DNA from: Chloroflexi bacterium TMED70
Lineage (GTDB): Bacteria > Chloroflexota > Dehalococcoidia > Lucifugimonadales > Lucifugimonadaceae
Reading direction: 5' to 3'
Assembly (NCBI GenBank): GCA_002171675.1
Contig: NHDX01000014.1
Span: forward strand, 92,750 to 126,466
DNA: 33,717 nucleotides
Below are positions 1-8,512 of this stretch, piece by piece. The notes beneath the pieces are model-generated. The model was not told the DNA's origin. It did no database searches and was given only the letters and a program-made list of their open reading frames with translations. The position numbers were made by a program, and so were the translations under genes. Every line of letters starts with the position of its first letter. Within the stretch, counting starts at the first letter, position 1.

Positions 1-488
1 TGGAATTCATTTAAACTAAGATTGTTTATCTCAAAGTTATCTTTAAAATAAACCTCGTATCTAATAATATCTCGTAGCTTATTGATATTATAAAAACAAA
101 ATGAAAATAAATTATTTTCATCAATAATTTCTTTTCTTGAATATATTGTTATTTTTTTTATGACATCATCTTCAAAAATTTCAACATCTTCTACAATAAT
201 TAATTTCTTAAGATAATTAATTGTTTCTGGATTATTAGATTCAAGGCTAAAAATAATATTACTATTATCTAAAACTTTATAATTCAGTATGTCTATAATT
301 GATCCTTTATTATCTGTTAATATAGTTTTTGAAGATGTTTTTGGATCAAAAATCTCAATTTTATTAGTTGAAATTCTATCTAGGAAAGAAAGAGAGTCAG
401 TTCCAGAAAATTTATAAGAATTAATTTCTGAACTAATATTATATAAAGGGAAATTAAGGCTTTTTAAAAAATTTTCTTGTTTATCCAT
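1..488 (-). CDS. Folate-binding aminomethyltransferase-family protein (YgfZ/GcvT-like), N-terminal part; the gene runs off the window edge
   Basis: Absent from the ORF track because it is open at the window edge. A reverse-strand ATG at 488..486 opens a frame that I translated by hand with no stop down to position 3 (MDKQENFLKSLNFPLYNISSEINSYKFSGTDSLSFLDRISTNKIEIFDPKTSSKTILTDNKGSIIDIL...). The SG-x-D-x3-FL-x4-TN ... KG-x-I pattern resembles the GcvT/YgfZ N-terminus. It starts 1 nt after the stop of the upstream A-type Fe-S carrier, which fits the known YgfZ / Fe-S link. Confidence 0.5.
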   Translation of the reverse strand, partial: MDKQENFLKSLNFPLYNISSEINSYKFSGTDSLSFLDRISTNKIEIFDPKTSSKTILTDNKGSIIDILNYKVLDNSNIIFSLESNNPETINYLKKLIIVEDVEIFEDDVIKKITIYSRKEIIDENNLFSFCFYNINKLRDIIRYEVYFKDNFEINNLSLNEF

Positions 489-489
489 A

Positions 490-837
490 TTAAACTGAGA
501 AAGAATCCCCACAACCACAAGATGATTTTGCATTAGGATTAATAAATTCAAATCCCTTTCCATTAAGGCCATCTGAATAATCTAGAAAAGTTCCTGCTAA
601 AAATATGTAGGCTTTCTTTGGAATATACACTTCTAATCCATTTTGAGAAATGATCTTATCATTTTCATCAGGTCCATCCACTATCTCTAAGATATATTCA
701 AGACCAGAGCAACCTCCTGCTCTTACTGCAACTTTTAAACCATATTTGTCTCTAGATTCATTCGCAGCAAATTCTTTAACTTTTTCACAAGCTTTCTCAG
801 ATATTTTTATTGTATTCAGTGGTATTTTACTAGTCAT
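490..837 (-). CDS. A-type iron-sulfur cluster carrier (HesB/IscA/ErpA family)
   Basis: 115 aa. Internal GGCSG motif and the C-terminal signature SCGCGDSFSV, giving the three conserved Cys typical of IscA/ErpA/SufA carriers. Confidence 0.9.
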   Translation of the reverse strand: MTSKIPLNTIKISEKACEKVKEFAANESRDKYGLKVAVRAGGCSGLEYILEIVDGPDENDKIISQNGLEVYIPKKAYIFLAGTFLDYSDGLNGKGFEFINPNAKSSCGCGDSFSV

Positions 838-938
838 ATAAATACAGCTTTTTCTTTTAATCCATATACTTGATTGGTAATAAAATTATAAAATCAATGT
901 AATATTTATTATATAAAAAAAAACATAAAAAAAAAGAT

Positions 939-1499
939 ATGGCTAAGCTTTACACTAAAAACGGAGATAATGGAGAGACTTTTTTATTATTCGGTAAAAA
1001 AGTTTCAAAATTAGATGCTCGAGTTCAATGCTATGGTGCGATAGATGAATGCATATCTAACTTGGGAGCTGCTTATTCTTTATCAGTGGAAAAAGATGAT
1101 AAGGATATTTCAGATTTAATATTAAAGATACAAAGGACTCTTTTTATAATATCCTCAGAAATAGCATGTCCAACTGAAAAATATAATGACTTAAAAGAAA
1201 AGTACAAATATATAAATGAAGAAGTAATTACTGATTTAGAAAACAAAATTGATAAATATCAATCAATAACTCCAAAAATAAATTATTTCGTACTACCTGG
1301 TGGAAGCTTAATTTCTTCATTTATAGATATTGCTAGAACTTCATGTAGAAGATCAGAAAGACTATGTGTAGAAGTTAGAGATTTAAATCAATTAAATAAC
1401 AAAAATATACTAATTTATCTCAATAGACTTAGTGACTTATTATTTATACTCGCAAGATATATTGATAGGGACAAAGAGTATCTTAGGGCTACGGAATAA
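939..1499 (+). CDS. ATP:cob(I)alamin adenosyltransferase, PduO type (MMAB-like)
   Basis: 186 aa. N-terminal YTKNGDNGET motif (family YT+xGDxGxT) and the RxxxRRxER-like segment ARTSCRRSERL are characteristic of PduO-type adenosyltransferases. Confidence 0.85.
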   Translation: MAKLYTKNGDNGETFLLFGKKVSKLDARVQCYGAIDECISNLGAAYSLSVEKDDKDISDLILKIQRTLFIISSEIACPTEKYNDLKEKYKYINEEVITDLENKIDKYQSITPKINYFVLPGGSLISSFIDIARTSCRRSERLCVEVRDLNQLNNKNILIYLNRLSDLLFILARYIDRDKEYLRATE

Positions 1500-1502
1500 A
1501 TA

Positions 1503-2132
1503 ATGATAGAAATATCTATACTAGACACCAAATCTGCAAATTTTCACAGCGTAAAAAAAGCTGTAGATAAGTATAATCCTAAAAACGAAATTACTTCAAA
1601 TATAGATACCATAGAAAAAAGTAATGGATTAATAATTCCTGGAGTGAGCACAACAGATACAGTTTTGAGTAATATTAAACAATTAGGACTAGAAGAAACT
1701 ATTAAGAATTTTTATAATTCAGGAAAACCAATACTTTGTATTTGTGTAGGAATGCAAATATTATTTGAAAAATCCGCAGAAGGAAGAATTCCAGGACTAG
1801 GAATATTAAAAGGATCTGTAAAAAAAATCCCAGAGTCAAAAAATAATGAAAAGTTTAAAGTTCCTCATATGGGTTGGAATCAATTGAACCTGAAGAAGAA
1901 GAATAAACTATTTGATGGAGTCGATAATAATTCAAATTTTTACTTTGTTCACTCGTATTATTGTGATCCAGAAGAAGATAAAATCATATCTGGAACTACA
2001 ACATATTCTATTGAAATGTGCGCATCAATAAAGCAAAAAAATCTTTATGCTGTTCAATTTCATCCTGAAAAAAGTGCAGCTGACGGTCTAAAAATATACA
2101 AAAATTTTATTAATATTGTAAAGAGTTATTAA
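1503..2132 (+). CDS. hisH: Imidazole glycerol phosphate synthase, glutamine amidotransferase subunit
   Basis: 209 aa. Class I GATase nucleophile elbow ICVGMQ, HMGWN, FVHSYY and QFHPEKS motifs. Sits directly upstream of hisA and hisF. Confidence 0.93.
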   Translation: MIEISILDTKSANFHSVKKAVDKYNPKNEITSNIDTIEKSNGLIIPGVSTTDTVLSNIKQLGLEETIKNFYNSGKPILCICVGMQILFEKSAEGRIPGLGILKGSVKKIPESKNNEKFKVPHMGWNQLNLKKKNKLFDGVDNNSNFYFVHSYYCDPEEDKIISGTTTYSIEMCASIKQKNLYAVQFHPEKSAADGLKIYKNFINIVKSY

Positions 2133-2133
2133 A

Positions 2134-2844
2134 ATGAAAATATTTCCTGCATTAGATATAAGAAATGGTAAATGTGTGAGGTTAATCAAGGGTAATTACA
2201 ATAATGAAATAATTTTTGATGAAAATCCTATTGATGTTGCAATGAAATTTGAAGAGGATGGAAGTAAGTATATTCATATAATTGATCTTGATGGTGCGAA
2301 GGACGGAGATTCAACTATAAAGAATATAATTGCTCAGATTTTAAATAAAACTAATCTAAAAATTCAGGTAGGGGGAGGGATCAGAACTTACGAAAAAGCA
2401 TCTTCTTACTTAAATTTAGGAGTTTCTAGAATTATATTCGGAACAGCTGCATACGAAAATAAAAAAGAAGTTATTAAGACTATTAAGAATTTTGGAAAAG
2501 CTATAGTAATTAGTATAGATGCTTTAGAAGGGGAAATTAAAACAAAAGGATGGTTAGAAAATTCAAGCTTGAGTATTGAAAATATAGTTCAAGATTTTGA
2601 GAAAGAAGGATGTGAATCATTCATTTATACTGATATAGAAAAAGATGGCACTCTATCTCACCCAAACTTTGATTATATTTCTAAATTTAGAAGTTTTTGT
2701 TCAGTAGAATTAAATATTGCAGGAGGCATATCTTCATTTGAAGACTTAATTCAATTAAAGAATAATAAGATAGATGGCGCTATATTAGGTATGTCCATAT
2801 ATAAGAAAAATATAAATCTAAAAGAAGTTTTAGAAAAATTATAA
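2134..2844 (+). CDS. hisA: ProFAR isomerase HisA (could be a bifunctional PriA-type enzyme; not distinguishable here)
   Basis: 236 aa. N-terminal IFPALDIRNGKCVRL, GGGIRT and the C-terminal GAILGMSIY phosphate-binding motif of the HisA/HisF (beta/alpha)8 family. Lies between hisH and hisF. Confidence 0.92.
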   Translation: MKIFPALDIRNGKCVRLIKGNYNNEIIFDENPIDVAMKFEEDGSKYIHIIDLDGAKDGDSTIKNIIAQILNKTNLKIQVGGGIRTYEKASSYLNLGVSRIIFGTAAYENKKEVIKTIKNFGKAIVISIDALEGEIKTKGWLENSSLSIENIVQDFEKEGCESFIYTDIEKDGTLSHPNFDYISKFRSFCSVELNIAGGISSFEDLIQLKNNKIDGAILGMSIYKKNINLKEVLEKL

Positions 2845-2855
2845 TAAATAATGCC

Positions 2856-3611
2856 ATGTTAACCAAAAGAATTATCCCATGTCTAGATATTGATCAAGGA
2901 AGAGTAGTAAAAGGTGTTAATTTTATAAATATTAAGGATGCTGGAGATCCTGCTGAGCTAGCAAAATTCTATGATGAAGAAGGAGCAGATGAGCTTGTTT
3001 TTTTAGATATAACTGCCACTCATGAAGGAAGGGAAACTATAGTTGAAGTAGTAAAAAAAGTTTCTTCTCAAGTGTTTATACCATTAACAGTTGGGGGAGG
3101 AATTAGAAATGTATTAGACATGAAACAGATGCTAGAAGCAGGAGCTGACAAAGTATCTATAAACTCTTCAGCAGTAGCAGATCCATTAATAATAAATAAA
3201 TGTTCTAATGAATTCGGTTCACAGTGCGTAGTAAGTGCTATAGATGTAAAAAGAAACGAAGATGAATGGATTGTCTATACTCACGGTGGCAGAAAAGAAA
3301 CAAATCTTAATGCATTAGATTGGGTTCAAGAGATAGAAGAAAGAGGAGCAGGCGAAATTTTGCTAACCAGTATGGATAAAGATGGATCAAATATTGGATA
3401 TGATAATGAATTATTACAAAAAGTAAATGATTTAGTTAACATACCTGTAATTGCTTCCGGAGGTGCTGGAAACTTAAGGCATTTATATGAAGCATTTAAT
3501 ACAGGTAAATCAGATGCTGTATTGGCCGCAAGTATTTTTCACTTTGGAAAATTTTCAATAAAAGAAGCTAAAGAATATCTTATTAGTAAAAACATTTCTA
3601 TTAGATTATGA
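2856..3611 (+). CDS. hisF: Imidazole glycerol phosphate synthase, cyclase subunit
   Basis: 251 aa. [36 protein letters not shown] and ASGGAG motifs are all canonical HisF. Confidence 0.96.
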   Translation: MLTKRIIPCLDIDQGRVVKGVNFINIKDAGDPAELAKFYDEEGADELVFLDITATHEGRETIVEVVKKVSSQVFIPLTVGGGIRNVLDMKQMLEAGADKVSINSSAVADPLIINKCSNEFGSQCVVSAIDVKRNEDEWIVYTHGGRKETNLNALDWVQEIEERGAGEILLTSMDKDGSNIGYDNELLQKVNDLVNIPVIASGGAGNLRHLYEAFNTGKSDAVLAASIFHFGKFSIKEAKEYLISKNISIRL

Positions 3612-4330
3612 GTAAAAAAATCACATCTCCTAAGATTATATTATTTGACTGTTTTGAAACCATCGTCGAAAATGATTTGAATGGATGGAAGACTCTTTTT
3701 GCTGAAATAATCAAGAAAAATCATTGGGATTTAGATCCTTTAGAATTCTGGAACTTATGGAAAAAATATGAGGTTAATTTTAGAGAAATCAGAACTAATA
3801 TGGAAAAGATTGAAGAAAGCCCTCCTTTTATTACTTATGAAAAAGCATGGAAAGATTGCTTTGATATAGTTTTCAGAGAATTAAATATAGATGGTAATTC
3901 TAAATTATGTGCAGAATTATGTATAAATAATATGGCGAAAAATGAGCCTTATAATGACTCAGCAGAAATGCTAAATAAATTAAGCCAAAACCATAAAATA
4001 GGAGTAATATCAAATGCAGATAATAATTTTTTATATCCTGTATTGGATAAACTAAATATAAATTTTGACTTTACAATGTCCTCAGAGGAAGCAGAATGCT
4101 ATAAACCTAACCCTAATATTTTCAAAAAATTTATAAATAAAAATAATCTAAATCCAAAAGATTGTTGGTATGTTGGAGATAAAGAATTTGATGATGTAAT
4201 AGGATCAAGTTCATTAGGAATGCAACCAGTTCTGATTAATAGAAGCGTATATAATGATTTAAGATATTTGGATAAATATATACAAATATCTGATCTAAGA
4301 CAATTGTATGAAATAATTAAATCACTATGA
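3608..4330 (+). CDS. HAD-superfamily hydrolase, subfamily IA-like, with atypical motif I (D-C-F-E-T)
   Basis: 240 aa. Motif I LFDCFETIV, motif II GVISNAD, motif III YKPNPNIF and motif IV WYVGDKEFDDV. It overlaps hisF and hisIE through 4-nt ATGA junctions at both ends. Confidence 0.75.
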   Translation: MSKKITSPKIILFDCFETIVENDLNGWKTLFAEIIKKNHWDLDPLEFWNLWKKYEVNFREIRTNMEKIEESPPFITYEKAWKDCFDIVFRELNIDGNSKLCAELCINNMAKNEPYNDSAEMLNKLSQNHKIGVISNADNNFLYPVLDKLNINFDFTMSSEEAECYKPNPNIFKKFINKNNLNPKDCWYVGDKEFDDVIGSSSLGMQPVLINRSVYNDLRYLDKYIQISDLRQLYEIIKSL

Positions 4331-4929
4331 ATCCAAATTTTAAAAAATCTGAATTATTGCCAGTTATAGTTCAACACTTCACTAATAAAAAAGTATTAAT
4401 GCTTGGATATATGAATAGTGAAGCTTATGAAAAAACTTTAGAAAGCAAACATGTATGGTTTTTTTCTAGATCAAAAAATAGACTTTGGGAAAAAGGAGAA
4501 TCTTCAAAAAATTTTCTTGGTGTAAAAAAAATAGTTTTAGACTGTGATAAAGATGCGATACTAATTTTAGCTAGTCCTGAAGGTCCTACATGCCACACAC
4601 TAGCAGACTCATGCTTTGAAGCTGAAGGAAGTGTTGAAGGTAATTTTCTTTTTACTCTTGAATATTTAGAAAAGATTATTGAAGAAAGAAAAAGTCTAAT
4701 GCCAAAAGGCTCTTATACTACTACACTCTTTGAAGAAGGAATAAATAAGATCTCAAAAAAAGTAGGAGAAGAAGCATCTGAAGTAATTATTGCTTCTTTA
4801 GCAGAGCAAAAAAAAGACTTGATTTATGAATCTGCTGATCTAATTTATCACCTACTTGTTCTTTTAGCTAATGAAGATATAAAACTAGAAGAAATTATTC
4901 AGGAACTTAATAAAAGACATAATAATTAG
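4327..4929 (+). CDS. hisI: Bifunctional phosphoribosyl-AMP cyclohydrolase / phosphoribosyl-ATP pyrophosphatase
   Basis: 200 aa. The HisI part has LMLGYMN, SRSKNRLWEKGESS, DCDKDAIL and GPTCH...SCF. The HisE part has SYTTTLF, KKVGEEASE and ESADLIYHLLVLL. Confidence 0.94.
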   Translation: MNPNFKKSELLPVIVQHFTNKKVLMLGYMNSEAYEKTLESKHVWFFSRSKNRLWEKGESSKNFLGVKKIVLDCDKDAILILASPEGPTCHTLADSCFEAEGSVEGNFLFTLEYLEKIIEERKSLMPKGSYTTTLFEEGINKISKKVGEEASEVIIASLAEQKKDLIYESADLIYHLLVLLANEDIKLEEIIQELNKRHNN

Positions 4930-4932
4930 AAC

Positions 4933-5817
4933 TTATTTAGAATCTAGTCTTATAGACTCATTTATAGCAGCTAATGCAACTTCTACCATTTCATCTTCAG
5001 GTTCTGCTGTAGTTAATTTTTGCATCCAGATATTAGGTAGAGATAGAAGTTTCGAAATAATATTTTCGGATGTCATACTTGAAAGCCTAATCAACTCATA
5101 AGAAAGCCCAGCAATTATAGGAAATAATAAAATTCTAGACAAATAAAGTAAAAGCGCTGGTTCCCTTGGAATAAATACATGAAGAACTATTGAAACAACA
5201 ATGACCGTCATAATAAAACTTGTTCCGCATCTTGGATGTTCTTTATTATATCTTTGAATTTTACTTATATTATTTGAATTAATCTCAACATTATCTTCAT
5301 ATGCTGCAATAGTTTTGTGTTCAGCACCATGATAAGCAAACACTCTCTTAATATCCTTATTAAGACCAATAATATAAACGTACAAGATAAAAAATATCAG
5401 TCTAATTATTCCTTCTAAAATATTATTTAATACATAATTATCCTCTATGAACATAATTCGATCTGATAAAAAAAGGGGAACTAAAAAAAATAATGATAAA
5501 ACAATTATTAAAAAAGCAGAACTAAAAATATATGAAAAAACTTTTTCTAAATTAGATAGTTCTCCTTCCTCTGACTCTTCTACAATTTCAGAGGATTTAG
5601 TTAATGATCTGTAACCTATAACCATCATTTCAATTAGAATAATGACACCTCTGAAGAAGGGTATTTTTTTATAGACAGATTTAGAAAAAGAAGGAATCTT
5701 TACTTCATTAATTATAATTTCATTTTGAGTGTTTCTGACTGCAACTACACAATTCTTAAGACCACGAATCATTACACCTTCGATAACAGCTTGACCACCG
5801 TAAAAATGCTTTTTCAT
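4933..5817 (-). CDS. DUF1385-family integral membrane protein
   Basis: 294 aa. N-terminal GGQAVIEGVMIRG, followed by AYHGAEHK and HPRCGTSF motifs and several hydrophobic spans, as in the DUF1385 family often found near rpmE/prfA. Confidence 0.8.
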   Translation of the reverse strand: MKKHFYGGQAVIEGVMIRGLKNCVVAVRNTQNEIIINEVKIPSFSKSVYKKIPFFRGVIILIEMMVIGYRSLTKSSEIVEESEEGELSNLEKVFSYIFSSAFLIIVLSLFFLVPLFLSDRIMFIEDNYVLNNILEGIIRLIFFILYVYIIGLNKDIKRVFAYHGAEHKTIAAYEDNVEINSNNISKIQRYNKEHPRCGTSFIMTVIVVSIVLHVFIPREPALLLYLSRILLFPIIAGLSYELIRLSSMTSENIISKLLSLPNIWMQKLTTAEPEDEMVEVALAAINESIRLDSK

Positions 5818-5825
5818 CTAAGAAT

Positions 5826-6032
5826 TTACTTTAGATTATATCTTCTATTCATTCTCTCTACTCTTCCTTCAGTATCAACAATTCGTTGTTCTCCAGTCCA
5901 AGCAGGGTGACATTGGCTACATATTTCAACAGATATTCTTTCTTTTGTTGAAATTGTTTTCCAAACATTTCCACTACCACATTGGCAGTGAACTTCAGTT
6001 TCAAATAAATTTGGATGTATTTCTTTTTTCAC
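5826..6032 (-). CDS. rpmE: 50S ribosomal protein L31 (Zn-ribbon, type A)
   Basis: 68 aa. MKKEIHP start, with CQC...CSQCHP Cys motifs and FTG-like WTG. Confidence 0.95.
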   Translation of the reverse strand: MKKEIHPNLFETEVHCQCGSGNVWKTISTKERISVEICSQCHPAWTGEQRIVDTEGRVERMNRRYNLK

Positions 6033-6298
6033 TATTTTCCTACACTTTCAGTGAGGACGTTTAATCTTCTCTTACCTTTAGAAGCCCAATCAAAGGAAAC
6101 GATTCCATCTACTTTAGAAAATATTGTATGATCTCGTCCGATACCAACATTTTCACCTGGAACAAATCTTGTTCCTCTTTGTCTAACGATTATAGATCCA
6201 GCAGTCACGAATTTTCCACCAAATGCCTTAACTCCAAGTCTTTTACCGGCACTATCTCTTCCGTTCCTACTTGTTCCCCCACCTTTTTTATGAGCCAT
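6032..6298 (-). CDS. rpmA: 50S ribosomal protein L27
   Basis: 88 aa. [24 protein letters not shown] is near-invariant L27 sequence. Confidence 0.97.
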   Translation of the reverse strand: MAHKKGGGTSRNGRDSAGKRLGVKAFGGKFVTAGSIIVRQRGTRFVPGENVGIGRDHTIFSKVDGIVSFDWASKGKRRLNVLTESVGK

Positions 6299-6632
6299 TA
6301 GACTTACTCCTTGATTTTTTTACTGAAATACTCTGTATGGTTACATTAGTTAGCTTTTGTCTGTGTCCAGTCTTAACCCTATGTCTCGTCTTATTTTTGT
6401 ATCTCAATGATATAACTTTTTTCCCTTTAGTTTGATCTTCTATCTTAGCTTTAACTACAGCTCCACTAACAATAGGTTCTCCAATACTAAGTTGACCTTT
6501 AAGGGAAGTTAATAGGACTTGATCAAACAATACTTCATCACCTGAATCACCTTCAAGTTTTTCTACAGTTAAAAAATCACCTTTTCTAACTCTGTATTGC
6601 TTACCACCTGTTTTTATTATTGCGTAGTCCAT
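6288..6632 (-). CDS. rplU: 50S ribosomal protein L21
   Basis: 114 aa. [13 protein letters not shown] start, upstream of rpmA in the classic rplU-rpmA order. Lys/Ser-rich C-terminal tail. Confidence 0.95.
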   Translation of the reverse strand: MDYAIIKTGGKQYRVRKGDFLTVEKLEGDSGDEVLFDQVLLTSLKGQLSIGEPIVSGAVVKAKIEDQTKGKKVISLRYKNKTRHRVKTGHRQKLTNVTIQSISVKKSRSKSNGS

Positions 6633-6698
6633 AAATTATCTAAATTTTGTTTATACAAAACTTAATTGTACACAAAAAAGAATATTTTTGTTGAAGAT

Positions 6699-8039
6699 TT
6701 ATGATGAAATTAATATCTTTTCATCTAAGGCTTTTTGAGAAATATTATCAACAAAAAATATCTCTTTATCTATGATCTTAAATTTATTTTCAAAGCTATC
6801 AAGCCAACCTTTATAATCATGATAAATTTTATTATTATTTATAAAACACCATGGTGATAAATCATAATTTTTCCCATCAATTTTAGAGTAAAACTGATTA
6901 GTATTACTTTTATAATTTTCTTTAAAACTAGGGTTGGTAAATACTTCAATATAATGATCTATCATAGAATTTAAATCATAATTCAATATGACCTTTTCTC
7001 TACCAGCTAAAATTTCATTTTTAGAGCTTAGTAATTCAAGTCCTTTTTTAACAAAACTTTTTGTATCCCCATATGGAATCACTTTAAGTCCATCAAAACC
7101 ATCAAATTCTCTAAATGCACCAACAGAACTACAAATAGCTGGAGTGCCGTTTGAAAGTGATTCAAGAGGAACTAACCCAAATGATTCAATAAAATTTCCT
7201 GGGCAGAGAGTTAAATCACCTGATTTATAGTAATCACTCATCTGATTAAGTGGTATCCAATCATGAAATAAAATATTTCCTCCGGAAGAAATAAATTCGT
7301 TCTTTAATTCTTGATCAATGTAAGAAGAGTTTTTTTCATCTTTATCAAGGGTTTCATTAAACTTTGGAACCTTTAGAGTTACTGAATTCCAATTTTTTGT
7401 ATGAATAAACTCTAAAGATATCTTAATAGCATTATTAAGACCTTTTCTGATATCTGGTCGATGTGGAAATAGTAAGATTAAATTATCATTTCTAATAGAA
7501 TCATTTATATTTATTGATTTTGAAAAATTATCAATAGAATTCTTTATAACTGAAATATTTGTTTGATTAAATTTTTCATTACTTAGTGAAGACTTAATTG
7601 TATCCCTTAAGTAATTTGAAGGTACAATGATTTTGTCAGATTCAGAGAACATAACAGAAGTTACTGATTCTTGATAAACCAAATCATGAATTCCACTTAT
7701 AGTAGTAGAGTCAACAAATTCATTTCTCATAAACCATCCGTCTCCGTGAAAGTATAATCTGTCAGCCCAAGATGAAATTTTATCAAGTTCCTCTTTAAGG
7801 CTTTGTAGTTCATATAAAGGAATTTCAAAAGGGCTTGGGAATGAACCTTTCAAACTTAATTTATTTTCAATTTCTACATCTCCAATAAATGATTTAGGAT
7901 TATCATTTTTTGGAGAAAACAATCTTACATTTATATTATTTTCTCTTAATCCTAGAATTATCTTTCTAAGTATATTTTGAGATCCACCTAAGACATAATC
8001 AGGGAAAATTTCAACTAAAGATAAACATGCAATTTTCAT
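6699..8039 (-). CDS. Glycosyltransferase, GT4 (GT-B fold) family, with a roughly 100-aa C-terminal extension of unknown function
   Basis: 446 aa. ESFGLVPLESLSNGTPAI is the E-x7-E donor-binding motif of GT4 enzymes, and there is an N-terminal LGGSQN-type loop. It overlaps the upstream flavin reductase gene by 4 nt. Confidence 0.75.
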   Translation of the reverse strand: MKIACLSLVEIFPDYVLGGSQNILRKIILGLRENNINVRLFSPKNDNPKSFIGDVEIENKLSLKGSFPSPFEIPLYELQSLKEELDKISSWADRLYFHGDGWFMRNEFVDSTTISGIHDLVYQESVTSVMFSESDKIIVPSNYLRDTIKSSLSNEKFNQTNISVIKNSIDNFSKSININDSIRNDNLILLFPHRPDIRKGLNNAIKISLEFIHTKNWNSVTLKVPKFNETLDKDEKNSSYIDQELKNEFISSGGNILFHDWIPLNQMSDYYKSGDLTLCPGNFIESFGLVPLESLSNGTPAICSSVGAFREFDGFDGLKVIPYGDTKSFVKKGLELLSSKNEILAGREKVILNYDLNSMIDHYIEVFTNPSFKENYKSNTNQFYSKIDGKNYDLSPWCFINNNKIYHDYKGWLDSFENKFKIIDKEIFFVDNISQKALDEKILISS

Positions 8040-8512
8040 AAATTCTTATTACTAAATTTTCCTTTATACCAAATTAGAGGGGAAGACTTTTCATTCAAAT
8101 TCATCTGATCAACTTTCAAGGAAAAAACAGTATGATCACCTACTAAATAAGAATTCATCACTTCACAATAAAAATAGCAAAGTGAATCTTTTATGTAGTA
8201 AATATCTTTTGAATTATAAAAAAAATCATTATTTTCTAGTAAGTTTTGAGTAGAAGATGAAAAAAAATCAGCAACATTAGATTGTTCGCTAGATAAAATT
8301 GAAACACTAGCATTTTTAGTTTCCTGTAAGAATTTCAATATTGACCTATTATTTCCAACTGAAACCATTATTATTTTAGGATCCAAGGATATACTCATAA
8401 CAGAATTAGCTGTCATCCCTAAATAATTTTTATTATCATCTTGTGTCGCTAATATAGATACACCAGTAGGGAAAAAACTCCAGGATTTCCTATATTGAGA
8501 ATCATTTATCAT
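8036..8512 (-). CDS. Flavin reductase-like FMN-binding domain protein
   Basis: 158 aa. FPTGVSILAT...GMTANSVMSISLDPKIIMVSV matches the flavin reductase (HpaC/NtaB-like) split-barrel pattern. It starts immediately after the gyrA stop with 0 nt spacer. Confidence 0.75.
   Translation of the reverse strand: MINDSQYRKSWSFFPTGVSILATQDDNKNYLGMTANSVMSISLDPKIIMVSVGNNRSILKFLQETKNASVSILSSEQSNVADFFSSSTQNLLENNDFFYNSKDIYYIKDSLCYFYCEVMNSYLVGDHTVFSLKVDQMNLNEKSSPLIWYKGKFSNKNL

Noticed and set aside
901-938. Two A9 runs upstream of the adenosyltransferase gene (tataaaaaaaaacataaaaaaaaagat), considered as a regulatory or slippage element.
   Set aside because: They are intergenic, there is no evidence of structure or conservation, and poly-A tracts are common in AT-rich promoter regions. 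They may contribute to DNA curvature, but nothing is testable from the sequence alone.
6633-6698. Possible ribosomal-protein leader structure or promoter upstream of rplU, containing the small hairpin ttttgt-ataa-acaaaa.
   Set aside because: The stem is a 6-bp all-A/T stem and the gap is only 66 nt. I cannot match it to a known L21-leader motif from memory, so the evidence is insufficient.
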